This document shows, piece by piece, positions 50,451-63,401 of a stretch of 64,000 nt of DNA. A model generated the notes under the pieces. That model searched no databases, had not been told where the DNA came from, and saw nothing but the letters and a program-made list of their open reading frames with translations. Position 1 is the first letter of the stretch. Every line of letters begins with the position of its first letter. The stretch comes from Chiloscyllium plagiosum (taxonomy: Eukaryota). The translations under genes were made by a program, and so were the position numbers. The stretch is taken from positions 12,602,908-12,666,907 of the forward strand of contig NC_057751.1 in assembly GCF_004010195.1 (NCBI RefSeq). The letters run 5' to 3'.

Positions 50451-52804
50451 AGTTTATCCTGATGCAGACATTTAGCCACAAAGGAGAAATGCATAATGTA
50501 TCTCTCACAAAATGTGTAGGAGTGTTCAATTAACCAATGGCTGCTGTCTCATTCTAAGTTTCTTGGGCATTAATGATATTTCCCACTTGGAGCATTTATT
50601 AAAATGCCCAATTGATCTTCAAGTGGGGCATTGCTTCAGAAGCAAATTAAAACCAGACCTAAATTTTCACAAGGCACATCATTTATCAACTGAATTTACT
50701 GAAGCAATTCATACTTGCAACTTAAATAATAAAAGTACTCACAAAATGAGTCAATCTTTACAAAGTTGTGTAATTAGGAGCAATGATGTATAAAATTACT
50801 TCAGCTTGTTTGTTCAGCACGCTAAACATCTGGCCTGCCAATTCCCTTATTAGCCTCCAGTTCTGAACAATATGCTTGTTAACTCATCACTTGTTATCAG
50901 CATGGGCTCCTCTGTTTCTTGAGTTCATCACCCAAGAAATCTGGGGCTGTCTGCCAGGCTGGTCCCAATACAAAGAAAGCCTGCCAAATACCATGTGCAT
51001 GGTTTCATTTGTTCTGATGTTACAGTACATGCTAATCCAGCCAATCCTCATGAATTGGCAGACTGCTGTATTGGACCCTTTTCCACAAAGGAATGAGGTG
51101 GTAACATGTGGAGTCTTCAGTAAGCCACACCAGCATGTTAATTGTTTTTGACTCATCAATGACCTTCAGAATCATCAGTTCACAAATCTTCTACATAGTA
51201 GTAATTCTGTCTTATCACTTGGGATTGATGCCGTCATGGTGATTAGAATGCAGCTCTTGATGTATGTTACCAAAGGCACCAAATTCCTCGAGGGAAACTG
51301 CTGATGTGTAAACTTTGAGCACCCAAGGGCATGATATGTTGGAAACATTTAGGGATGACTGCTCTTGAATCTCCTTGTCCTGTAACCAGACAACATGATT
51401 ATTTTCTTCTAAGGACTAATACAGTAACAAAACATAACATTGAGTTGTGGTGCCACAGTAGCCTTCACAAAGCAAATGAGAACATTTAATCTCTCAGAGA
51501 TTGCCTTTCCAAGAGGGAGATTTGTGGTAAAGTTAAGACATGAAATTGTGCCTCCACTCACAGCCCAAGCTCCCAGAATTCCCTCCCTAGCCCTTTGCAC
51601 CTCTCTTTGCTTTAAAAACCCTTTGCTCTCACCAAACTTTTAGTGCCTTAGTTTCAGATTTTGTCTGCTAGCATTCCTGTGCAATAGCTTTAACAGGGAT
51701 AAGAGGCTGGAGTCTTTAGTTTCAGTTGCAAGATTTGAAACTTTGGTAATCTTTCTACCCTCCTACCTTTATTGTCTTTCTAGTACAACTTTGCATCCCA
51801 GTGCTCTATTATTATGATTCTCTTAAGACCACTGTTTTAATTACAGAGCCCAACATTCTTCGTATTTCAGTGCGTTCCTGCCCAGTTTTGCCCATACAGT
51901 ACTGCCCTCTCTCAACACTCTAAGCACCTACCTTTGGTAGTGGCAGCTCGGTGTTGGTTTCTGGTGAACGAGGTTTAAAATTCTAATGCTTGTTATCCCC
52001 CAGCAGAATCTTCACTGTGGATCTTGTCTCCTATCTCAGTCCATCTTCCCTTCCTGCACGGAGTACTTTCAGCTTGCGCCGAGCAATCCTGGTATGAGAT
52101 TTAAAAATGTGAAAAATTCAAATCAAAGTAACATCGACCGAGGACCAGCAGCGAGCAAGATTATTGTCATTCTCGACCTGACTCTTGGACTCTCCGGCGC
52201 CCTCGGTTTCTGCAGAGCTCGCAATCCATTTTGGGATGACCACACGGACAGAAAAGAATTTGTCTGGTGTTAATCACTTTGCTTCCTTGTCCATTGTGTT
52301 GGAGACATTTGAAAACACGAACCCCAGCTTTTACCTGAGCGCGTCCAAAAAGATGAAAAAGTTGCAGTTTGCTGTGACACGTTCTGACTAATTACCATCG
52401 ACCATTTATTGCCTTCCAAGGTTTACTCCTTAATAAAACACAGATGACTTGCGTTGACCGCAGAAATGTGGGGAATTCGCTGCCGTCCCATTGTGTTTCC
52501 AAGACGCCGTGCTCTCTGCAAAGTTTAAACGGAGAGTGAGATCCATCAGTGTTCAGTGCGAGCCAGCAATGCCAGAGGTGAAAGTTTCACCTCAGCATGC
52601 CTCATATGAGCAGTCACTAAAGTGGCGACTGAATCTTTACAAGATGCCCCTATTTAAAAATAATGTCTTTCTGTTGGAGGAAGGGGGACTTTGTTGGACA
52701 GAGCATTCTGCGGGGAATTAAGGCCACATGTTAAATGTTGCCCGATAATGCCAGCATTGCACTCCGTTCTGGGCCAGAGTTCCACTCTGTTGAGAGATGA
52801 TTTT

Positions 52805-53010
52805 TTAAAAAACTCATTCACAGGATGAGGGCATCACAACATTTATTGCCCATCCCCAATTGCCCAGAGGGCAGTTAAGAGTCAACTACATTGTGTGGGT
52901 CTGGAGTCACATGTAGTCCAGACCAGGTAAGGATGGCATATTTCTTTGCCGAAAGGACAGGATTGAATCAGATAGGTTTTCCTTGTCAATAGACAATGGA
53001 TTTGTGGTCA
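52805..53010 (-). mobile_element. tRNA-headed SINE (second family), abutting a CR1
   Basis: CATTTATTGCCCATCCCCAATTGCCC..GGGCAGTTAAGAGTCAAC..GGGTCTGGAGTCACATGTAG. Confidence 0.75.
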
Positions 53011-54197
53011 TCATAGAGTCATAGAGATGTACAGCATGGAAACAGACCCTTTGGTCCAACTCATCCATGCTGATCAGATATCCTAACCCAATCTCGTCCC
53101 ACCTGCCAGCACCCAGCCCGTATCCCCCTAAACCCTTCCTATTCACATACTCATCCAGATGCCTTTTAAATATTGCAATTCAACCAGCCTCCACCACCTC
53201 CTCAGGCAGCTCATTCCATACATGCACCACCCTCTGCATGAAAACTTGCCCCTTAGGTCCCTTTTATACCTTCTCCCTCTCACCCTAAACCTATGCCCTC
53301 TAGTTCTGGAATCCCCCACCCCAGGGAAAATACTTTGTCTATTTATCATATCCATGCCCTTCATGATTTTAAAAACCTCTGTAACGTCACCCCTCAGCCT
53401 CCAACGCTCCAGGGAAAACAGCCCCAGCGTATTCAGCCTCTCCCTAGAGCTCAAATCTCCAACCCTGGCAATATCCTTGTAAATTTTTCTGAACCATTTC
53501 AAGTTTCACAACAGCCTTCCTATAGGAAGGAGACCAGAATTGCACGCAGTATTCCAACAGTGGCCTAACCAATGTCCTGTGCAGCCACAACATGACCTCC
53601 CAGCTCCGGTACTCAATACTCTGATACTCTCTAGGACCTTACCATTAAGTATTTAAGTCCTATTAAGATTTGCTTTCCCAAAACGCAGCACCTCACATTT
53701 ATCTAAATTAAACTAAATCTGCCACTCCTCAGCCATTGGCCCATCTGATCAAGATCCCGGTGTAATCTGAAGTAACCTTCTTTGCTGTCCACTACACCTC
53801 CAATTTTAGTGTCATCTGCAAACTTACTAACTATATCTCTTATGCTCACATCCAAATCATCTATATAAATGACAAAAATTAGTGGACCCAGCATCAATTC
53901 TTTTGGCACTCCACTGGTCACATGCCTCCAGTCTGAAAAACAACCCTCACCACCACCCTCTGTCTTCTACCTTTGAGCTAGTTTTGTATCCAAGCGGCAA
54001 GTTGTCCCTGTGTTCCATGAGATCTAACCTTGCCAACCAGTTTCCCATGGGGAACCTTGTCAAACGCCTTACTGAAGTCCATATACATCATGTCTACTGC
54101 TCTGCCCTCATCAATCTTCTTTGTTAATTCTTCAAAACTCAATCACGTTTGTGAGACATGATTTCCCACAAAGCCATGTTGACTATCCCTAATCAGT
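53011..54197 (-). mobile_element. CR1/HER1 LINE, 5'-truncated
   Basis: CTCTATGA tail; ORFs SGVPKELMLGPLIFVIYIDDL..KFADDTK and LFSLERWRLRGD. Confidence 0.95.
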
Positions 54198-55784
54198 GAT
54201 AGACAGGTCACCACAGATCTGATGGGCTAAAGGGCCTCTTTGTCAGTGCTATATGACCCCTGTACCCTACCGAAGTGCACAAAGTTATTAGAGATATGGA
54301 CAGGTATATCAGAGAAACGTCTCCACTTAATGGAGGGGTCAAGACTATTTAACAGGTTAGGGAGTTTCTGAAACTTACTGCTTGAAAGGATGATTGATGT
54401 GAAAACCCTCAATATATTTAGGAAGTATTTGGATGAGCTCTTGGTATGTCCTCGCATACAAGGCTGTGAAGTGGGATTAGAATAGATATTTGCTTGATGA
54501 TCCAACACGATGGGCCAAACAGCCTCTTTCCCTGGTGCAAAAATGCTGACTCCAGGTCTTTGAACAGTGTTGGAAAGATTCACCATCTTTCAAATTTGTA
54601 GCAGGTATTTCATCTTTTGACAGTGTGGAATGATATATCTGTGGAGGTCTGTGAAAATTAGCCACAGTATTCCTCAGGCACCCAGGAAGATGAAGCCTCA
54701 AAGTTGATATGAGAAACTGCCCAGCAAAGAGGCAATTCCTGAGCTTGTTTTTCTCTTCTGAAGGGAAAACAAATGATCTGAGACGGTAAAGACAACTCCT
54801 GAAGGAGTTCATTTTTTGGATGTTCTGATAAAGAATGAGTTAGGATGATGGGATATAATTTTAACAATAGTGGGGATCCAGAGAGGAAGGTTCACGTGAT
54901 GAAATTTGCATTCAAACAGTTCCTAGATCCCAGGAGCTCTGCAGTACCTGTGTGCACAGAGCACACTTACCCTCATCATGGGGACAAATAATTTGCACCC
55001 AGCAAGGTCCCACAAACGGCAGTTAATCTCACTTGTACTGACATTATTGAGGCAGTTCTTCAGGACATTCCCACCTCTTCTCTGAGTACCACCAGAAAAT
55101 GTTCTATTTTTGTCCAGTTCAACAAGGAGGGACCTCAGTTTAACACATTGGACTTAAGTGGGCATGTCCTTCAGATCAGCACTTTCTTAATCATGAGGAG
55201 TGGGCGTTTGCCCTTCTCACTGCGGCCACTGCCAAAATTAAAAGTTGAGGTTTCACACCAACAATTATGATGATTACTTTACCAGAGAAACAGGAAGGAT
55301 TGAAACTGAGATTAATCTTCAACTGTGATTGAACTGACACAATGCACAGACACAATTAATGTCACATCAAGAGGATAAGACACTGATGATTAAATGTGCC
55401 TGCAATCTAAAACTGATTTGAAACTTGACATTGTTGCTGTCTGAATGCAATGAAGTCACCATGACACAAGAACACGCTTGTGAATCATGCTATTGTCTGA
55501 GATCTAACGCATTGAGCGGAAAACAAAATGACAAGGCCAGCAGCAGTCATTTTTAATCACAAGCGGAGAACTTTGAAAACCCATCATATCCTGATTGCTG
55601 CCTTCCAGATAAAGCAAGTCAAAGATAGCATTTAGCATTCAAGTATGATTAATGGCAGCAATGGACAGCATTGAGTTATTGTTGGAAAAATATCAGGAAT
55701 GTAAAGACACAAAAAACTTCATTACAGCGAGAACACATTCTGGGATTCTGGACAGGATAAACAATAGATGCTTTTACTGCTGAA

Positions 55785-56075
55785 TCTTTTCTTTATTTGT
55801 TCATGCGATGTGGACATTGCTGGCTGGGTCAGCATTTATTGCTGTCCGGAGGATCATTGAGAGTCAACCACATTGTTGTGGGTCTGGGAACATGTGGAGG
55901 GCAGACAACATGTGGACAAAAGATTTCCTTGCCTCAAGGACAACATTGAATCAAATGAGTTTTTCTGATAATGGTTACATGGCGACCACTTTAATTTGCT
56001 ATGGTGGGCTTGAACCCATGCTCCCGAAAGGTTAGTCTGAAATTCTGGACAACGAGTCCATTGATTTTGGCTCCC
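55785..56075 (-). mobile_element. tRNA-headed SINE (second family), decayed
   Basis: GATGTGGACATTGCTGGCTGGGTCAGCATTTATTGC..GAGTCAACCACATTG. Confidence 0.6.
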
Positions 56076-56189
56076 ATTGAATCGTAGTCTAGAACCATAA
56101 GTTCTTTTGCTGATTGGAGTTTGTAACTCTTCTGCTGAAAGAGAGATAGAGTGCATTTCCACTCTATGAATCTGAAATAAAAACACAAG

Positions 56190-56625
56190 TTAGTCATTAG
56201 ATCCTTTGAGCCCACTCTGCCATTTGATAAGATTGTGACTGATGTGGTTGTGACCTCAATACTAGTTTCCTGCTTCCACCTTTATCACTCAAATCCCTTG
56301 TTAGTCAAGAATCTATCCTCTGCTGCCTTGAAAATACTTAATGATGCCACTTTCACAGTTCTGTGAGGAAGAGATTTGTACTGAATTCCTCCTCTCTGTC
56401 TGAAATGCAAGCTCCCTAATTTTTAAACTGTGTTCCCTAATTCAATACCCTTTCAGAATTCACCCTGTCAAGTCCATTAAGGATTATATATGTTTCACTA
56501 AGACCACTCTCATCCTTCCAAACTCCAATGGGTACAGCCACAGTTGTTCCTCATAAGACAACCCCTCAATCTCAGGTATCATTTGAATGAACATTTTCTA
56601 ACCTGTTTCTGATGGAATATTCATC
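56190..56625 (-). mobile_element. Old CR1 3' fragment
   Basis: CCCACTCTGCCATTTGATAAGAT..TTAGTCAAGAATCTATCC..TTTTAAACTGTGTTCCCT, resembling CR1 3' sequence. Confidence 0.6.
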
Positions 56626-57548
56626 TTTTTGATTTAAAAAGATCAAAATTTCTAACACAGCATATCCAGATATGCAACACCTGTGCACTGATAAGGCTCG
56701 GTGTAGATACTTCCAGGCGTGCTGTTTAACCTGAACCAGTATTATATTGCGACCTTTCAATGGAGATGGTCAGTTGAAATCCCATGTGGCTGTTGACACG
56801 GAAGCAATCTATCGAATGACACTAGTCGGAGAAAAGGGCAATTGCCCTTGTGTACTGGTCAGTGTTTAACCATTCAACCAATACCAAATTAACTGGCCAT
56901 TTACATCACCTCATCGCGCACACATTTGCTGTTCAGTTTGCAAATATGTATTCCAAGTACATTTCATATTAATGTAAAAAATATTTGCTGGGTTCAAGAT
57001 ATTGTAGGTCAGTCAGCACCTGAAAACAAAACAACTTAAAACATTGCTTTGAAATGTTTTGGGGGGGTATAGTTAGGAACCTTGGGGGCTTGATTCTCAG
57101 TTAACAGACAAAAATTCAGGACCTTCGTGCACTCAGCAAACCTGGCCTCCTGTTTATAAAAAGAGAGGCAGGATAAATTACTCAAGGTTGAAATTGGAGG
57201 CAGACATCACAGACTTTATTTGAACACTACTGTCATTGAGCATGATTGAGTTTTAGGTTTCAGTAGGATTGCTGATCAAAACTTGGAAAACTCCAAGACA
57301 GTGGAAGAAAATGAAAAGTGCAGAATCTCACAGGTCGAGATGAAAATCCACTGTGTGTCTAAATTATAATGGGAGTAGAAAGTATTTGCATCATCTCGGT
57401 TTCAATGGTGTTGTTGTGACCCTTCTAGCAAAAAAAATGATTTGTCAAAAGTGGCTCAGAAGTCTCATGAGATGCAAATTCTCAAATCCTTGGTCATTGT
57501 TCCTCAGAGAACTTTCCCTCTTGTTTCACTCAAACCTCTGAGATGACT

Positions 57549-57895
57549 GGGCAGCACAGTGGTTCTGTGGTTAGCACTTCTACATCACAGCAGCAGGTAC
57601 CTGGGTTCGATTCCAGCCTCAGGCGACTGTCTGTGTGGAGTTTGCATGTTCTCTTTGTGTCTGCGTGGGTTTTCTCTGGGTGTTCCAGTTTCCTCCCACT
57701 ATCCAAAGATGTGCAGGTTAGGATGGATTGGGAATGCTATATTACTTATAGTGTCCAGGAATGTGCAGGCTAGATAGAGTAGCCAAGGAAATTGCAGGAT
57801 GGTAGGGGATCTGTCTGGGTGGGATGCTTTTCAAAGGGTCAGTGTGGACTTGATGGGCTGAATGACCTGTTTCCACACTGTAGGAATTCTATGAT
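57549..57895 (+). mobile_element. HE1-type V-SINE
   Basis: GGGCAGCACAGTGGTTCTGTGGTTAGCAC head, GGGTTCGATTCC B box, CTGTTTCCACACTGTAGG tail. Confidence 0.9.
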
Positions 57896-58249
57896 AGTCT
57901 ATAATCTATGCACCAGAGAAAGTGGGATTTAAGTGTTGCTGTCATTCCATCTGTGTACGGACCGATGGGCTGTGGTGAGGGCAGCATGGGGGGAGGAAAT
58001 GGTGATGGTGGGGAGGTTCTTGAAGGTGGTTTGATATTTCATCCAAGAAGGAGGTGCAGTGTTGCATAGAAGTATCAGCCACAACTTTCTCCGATGTGTG
58101 CCACTTTGTGTGTCTGAATGATTCTGTCACAAGGTAGGGATTTCATGATATTAGTGACCATGATATGTGACCAAGCGATGATAGTTTGAGATGAGGAATT
58201 GTTTCTTATAAAATAAGGTTCAGTCCTCTGGAAGCTTGAGTAGCCTAAC

Positions 58250-59126
58250 CAAACTGGTGTCATGTCGAATGAAGAAGATTGTCTTAAAGTAGAACAGGAC
58301 ATGATTGGATGGGCTGATGTGCCAAGGAGTGGCAGAAGGAGTTTAACTTAGATAAATGTGAGGTGCTGCATTTTGATGAGACAAATCAGGGCGGGACCTA
58401 TATCCTTAATGGTCAGGTCCTGGGGAGTGTTGCTGAACAGAGAGACCTTGGACTACAGGTTCATAGTTCGTTAAAAGTGAAGTCACGGGTAGTTGGAGTG
58501 GTGAAGAAGTCTTTTGCAGTGCTTGCCTTCATTGATCAGTGCATTGAGTTATAGGAGTTGGGAGATCATGTTGCGATATTGGTTTGGAATACTGTGTTCA
58601 ATTCTGGTCTTCCTGCTAAAGGTTTTGAAAACTTGAAAGGGTTCAGAAAAGATTTACAAGGATATTGCCAGGGTTGGAGGATTTGACCTACAAAGAGAGG
58701 CTGAATAGGCTGGGACTGGTTTGCCTGAAGCATCAGAGATTGACGAGTGACCTTATAAAGGTCTATAAAATCATGAGGGGCATGGATAGGCTGAAGAGAC
58801 AAGATTTTTTCCCTAGTATGAGGAGTCCAAAACTAGCGGGCATAGGTTTAAGATGAGAGGCGAAGGATATAAAAGGGACCTGAAGGACAACGTTTTTACA
58901 CAGAGGGTGGTGCGCATATGGAATCAGCTGCCAGAGGAAGTGGTGGGGGCTGGTACAATTACAACAGTTGAAAGGCATCTGGATGGGTATATGAATAGGA
59001 AGGGTTTAGAGGGACATGGACTAAGTGCTGGCAAATGGGACTCAATTAGTTGGGATATCTGATCAGCATGGATGAGTTGGACCAAAGGGTCTGTTTCTGT
59101 GCTGTTTAACTCCATGACTCTATGAC
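58250..59126 (+). mobile_element. CR1/HER1 LINE 3' fragment
   Basis: QRDLGLQVHSSLK, PGLEDLTYKERLNRLGL and FTQRVVRIWNQLPE; ATGACTCTATGA tail. Confidence 0.95.
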
Positions 59127-59376
59127 TGTATGGACTGCAGCAGTTCAAGAAGGCAGCTGTCCACCACCTTCTCAAAGTCAACTCCAATAGGCAATAAATG
59201 CTTGCTGCCCACAAGACCATGAATTATGAACTTTAAAAATTGGAATAAAAGATATTACCAGGTTCTGAACACAGCTCACACACTTCCCCCTTTCAGTAGC
59301 TGAACAAACAGTCACTGTTGGTCATGCTTCACCATGTAATAGTTTAGTATAATGAGCAGAGTATCTCTGCACATTG

Positions 59377-59549
59377 TGTGACTGTAATCTTTCACTATAA
59401 ATTCTGTGTCTTATGATCCTGTTTCACAGTTACCCGATGAAGGAGCAGCGCTCTGGAAGCTAGTGCTTCTGAATAAACCTGTTGGATTATAACCTGGTGT
59501 TGTGTGATTTTTAACTTTGTCTAGTTCAGTCCAACACTGGCTCCTCCAC
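59377..59549 (+). mobile_element. Single-arm Penelope-type insertion with 14-bp TSD
   Basis: Flanks ATCTCTGCACATTG (59363-59376) and ATCTCCGCACATTG (59550-59563); degenerate hammerhead core at 59434-59462 followed by AATAAA. Confidence 0.8.
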
Positions 59550-60345
59550 ATCTCCGCACATTGACCAATTCAAGAAATTGAGGCTTCTGTGATGGAAGTT
59601 TCCAAACATGAATCAAAGAGCCACAAAGTACCACTGAAAGATTGAAAAATGCATGAATCAAGATGGAGCTGACAGATGTGTTCCCTCCAGCTGGATGTCC
59701 TTACATTGCATTCACTGTTCAATAAACAGCACTGGTAATGGGTTTTGTCCGTCATCTGCTGGTCATGCCAGGCATCTTGTAGGTAAAGACTTCAGGACAA
59801 GCAAAATCCTTTGCAATTTGATAAGCACTGGTTTCCAGTGTTGGTGTGCATAGGTGCTACGTCATTCATGTCCCAGCAAGTGACTAGGATGACCTGAAGC
59901 AACAGTGGGACACTAAATGTTCGGACTGGTGGAGGATCTACACTGTTTCTTAGCATTTTGCTTGCAATGCAGAGTCACACAAGCAGCATAGGTTCAATGC
60001 CCCTATTGGCTGAGGTGACTGTTAAGCTCCTACCTTCTCAACCTCTCCCCTCTTCTGAGACACAGAAATCCTCATCTTAAATTCACCACCAGTCTCTTCC
60101 ATGAGCCAGCAGCCCTGCTTTTCAAGGGAGATCAACTTTGATTGTATTGAATGAACACAAAGAACTCTGGATGCTGGAAATCTGAAATAAAAATAGACAA
60201 TGTTGAAGAATCTCAGCAGATCTGGCAGCATCTGTAGGGAGAGAAATAGAGTTAATATTCCAAGTCCTTGGACATGAATGACGACCGGCCCATCCTTTAG
60301 TCCTTTGCTTGAACAATCTTTATCCTTGGTTTCACCGTGACTGTG

Positions 60346-60566
60346 AGGAGAAAGTGAGGACTGGAGGTGCTGGAGATCAGAGCTGAAAATGTGTTGCTGG
60401 AAAAGCGCAGCAGGTCAGTCAGCATCCAAGGAGCAGGAGAATCGATGTTTCGGGCATGAGCCTTCTTTTCCTGAAGAAGGGCTCATGCCCGAAACGTAGA
60501 TTCTCCTGCTCCTTGGATGCTGCCTGACCTGCTGCACTTTTCCAGCAACACATTTTCAGCTCTTCT
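60346..60566. mobile_element. Palindromic Penelope-type insertion with perfect 11-bp TSD
   Basis: CCGTGACTGTG at 60335-60345 and 60567-60577; inverted arms of about 90 bp (60379-60467 and 60474-60563); CTGAAGA-A-GGGC-TCAT-GCCC-GAAACGTA at 60471-60498. Confidence 0.9.
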
Positions 60567-61034
60567 CCGTGACTGTGCCTGGGCAGAATTTGGTCTCATT
60601 GCTGGTGGAATTTGTTCTGCTTTTGATTAGTGCACCACATTGCCATATAGACAGAGGAAATGCAGACTTCCTGGAGGCACAAAGCATGTGATATGATGGA
60701 CATGATGGGTTGGTTCTTTTGAACAGTGTGGATAAAACTATCATAAGGGCAATTAATTTTGCATGGTGTGTATGTTCACGTTTTCATGGAGATCATGGAC
60801 AGGGTTGGGAAAGCAGTCTGGAAAGGTGGACGGTGTGAATAAGAGGGTGGATTTAGAAGGGAGGTGTTAAAGGCACGGTCACAGTCAATGATAAGTGAGG
60901 ATGCCATTGCAGTTGTGTGTTTATTCCAATCAATTATGATTAGCATTGACTCTTAAAGATTCATCCAGGATGGCTGCTCACTGTTGTTTTCAACAGGATA
61001 TCATGGAGAGATGGGACCCGCAGCAGATGACAAA

Positions 61035-63010
61035 ATAGAAATGTAGGAAAGAAGATCAGGCCCTTTGAGCTTGTTCCACTGTTCAACACTGACATGTGAT
61101 CATTTTGAATGTAGGAGCAGGCTCAAACTGCTCAACGTCCTGTTCCTACACTTTGTATGTGTCTGCTTTTCAATCTAATCATAGTTGATCATCCAACTTA
61201 GTTATCTATTCCTGCTTTCACTCCAAGCCCTTTCAGTCATTTAAGTAGTCTATCCAAATTCTTTTTGAAAACATTCAATATTTTGACATCAATTGCTCTC
61301 TGTGTTTGAGAATTCCACAGGCTTGCGACTCTCTGGGTGAAAAGAATTCTCCTCATCTCGGTCTTATATTATCTGCTTTATATCCTGAAACTGTAATACC
61401 TGGTTGTGGACTTCCCAGTTATCACGAACATCCCTCCTTCATTTACCTTGTCCAGTCCTGTTAGAATTCTACAGGTTTCTATGAGATCCTCCCTCATTCT
61501 GCTAAACTTTAGTGAATCCTAACTGATCCAGTCTCTCTTCATACATCAGTCCAGCCATTTCAAGAATCGGCTTTCGTGATGAACCTTTGTTACACTCGCT
61601 TCATAGACAGAACATCCTTCCTCAGAGAAGGAGTCGAAAACTGAAACAATACTCCTGGTGTAGTTTCACCAAGACCCTGTACACTTGCAGTTGATGTCCC
61701 TGATGCTGCATTTGATTCCACTCATTATGGACGCCAACATACCAATTGCCTTCTTCACTGCCTGCCACATCTGTTCACTGAAATTTGATGACTGGTGTAA
61801 AAGGATACACTCGCAATTGCTTTTATCAACCGATTGCCATTCAGAAAATAGTCTGCCTTCTTATTTTTGCTACCAAAGTGGATAACTGCACATTTATCCA
61901 CATTACACTTAATCTGGCATGCCTTTGCTCACTCACTTAACTTGTCCAAATCGCACTGAAGCATCTCTGCATTCTCCTCACAATTCATCCTCCCACACAC
62001 CTTTATGTTATCTGCAAGCTTGAGGTTATTACAATTAGTTCCCAGATCTAAGTCATTAATATATATTGTGAATAGCTGGGGTCTGAGCATCAATCCCTCT
62101 GGTACCCCACATGCCATTTGAAAAAAGATCCATTTATCCTCCTCTTGGTTTTCCACCTGCCAGCCAGGTCTCTAACCATGTCAGTACAGCACCCCAATTG
62201 TCATGCACTTTTAATTTTACATGCTGATATTTTATGTGGGACCTAATTGAAAACCTTCTGGAAGTCCAAGTAAACCATATCTACTGGCTCCCTCTTATCA
62301 ACATGACTTGTTACCTCCTTGACAAATTCCAGTTGATTTGTCAAGCATGATTCATCTTTCCTAAATTGATGCTGACTGTGTCTGATTCTTTTGCTGTTTT
62401 CCAAGTGCTTTGCTATTCAACCTTTTATAATGGACTCCAGCATTTTCTCTCCTACTCAGGCTAACCAGTTTATAATTCTCTGCTTTATCTCTATCTCCGT
62501 TTAAACAGAGGGCTTACATTGGCTTATGTCCAATCCATAAGAATTGTTCCAGTGTCAAGAGAATCTTGGAAGATGACTGCCAAGGTATCTCGCATTTCTG
62601 AACCTCTTTCTTAAATATTCTGGGATGTCGACTATTGAAACCTGAGGATTTAATGGTCTTTAATCCTGTCAATTTCCCTACCAGTAATAATTTTGTTTAG
62701 TTTCTCCCTATAACTAGACAGGGAGAACATTCCCCACCCCCCTACCCCATTTTTGGGACATTATTTGTGAAGAGTGATCCTTATGTATTTAATTATCCTG
62801 TTACCGCTTTGTTTCTCATTATACCTTTCCCTGTTTCTGACTGCAAGGGATGTATATTTGTCTTCAACAATCTTTTCCTTTTCATGTACCTATAGGAGCT
62901 TTTACAATCAGTTTGTATATTCTTCACAAGCTTACTGTCAGAGCCTGGTTCCCCCTCTTCATCAATCCTTTAGTTCTCCTTCGTTAAAATCTTAACTGCT
63001 CCAAATTTTC
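61035..63010 (-). mobile_element. Older CR1 LINE, decayed
   Basis: ORF 61929-62156 GVPEGLMLRPQLFTIYINDL..KLADNIK, with collinear CR1 remnants on both sides. Confidence 0.85.
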
Positions 63011-63401
63011 AGATCTACTGCTGTCTGGATGGAGGAACTGGCCATACAAAACCATGAATGTGTGCCTTCATGTTATCAATCACAGTTTCAAGGTGGAAAC
63101 ACATTAAGTGGGCAATAAGGAAAAGAAAATGAAGAATACATTGTTGTCTGGGGAGGTGTGGTAGTGGATGGCAATTAATAGAGGGTGAGAAACATTTCCT
63201 CTTACACATGAGAAGATAACAACACAGGTCAATGCAACCCAGTAGAAGTCCATATAAACACTTAGATCAAATTAATGGCGTAAAGACCACCTGAAAATGC
63301 AGCATTTGTCTCTGTCTGAGTTTGGCAGATCTAAAGACAGACTGAATTGGAAAAGTAACTCCTTTGCGGTCTAATTAATAGGATGATCCATCCACATCAA
63401 T

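Noticed and set aside
42280..54197. Two CR1 copies 5'-truncated within about 25 nt of the same point
   Set aside because: Only two cases, and other copies truncate elsewhere; compatible with chance.
11860..60577. Reading the palindromic elements as DNA-transposon MITEs or CRISPR-like repeats
   Set aside because: Variable 11-18 bp TSDs, asymmetric arms and single-arm copies fit retrotransposition. The copies are dispersed, with no repeat-spacer array, and the DNA is eukaryotic.
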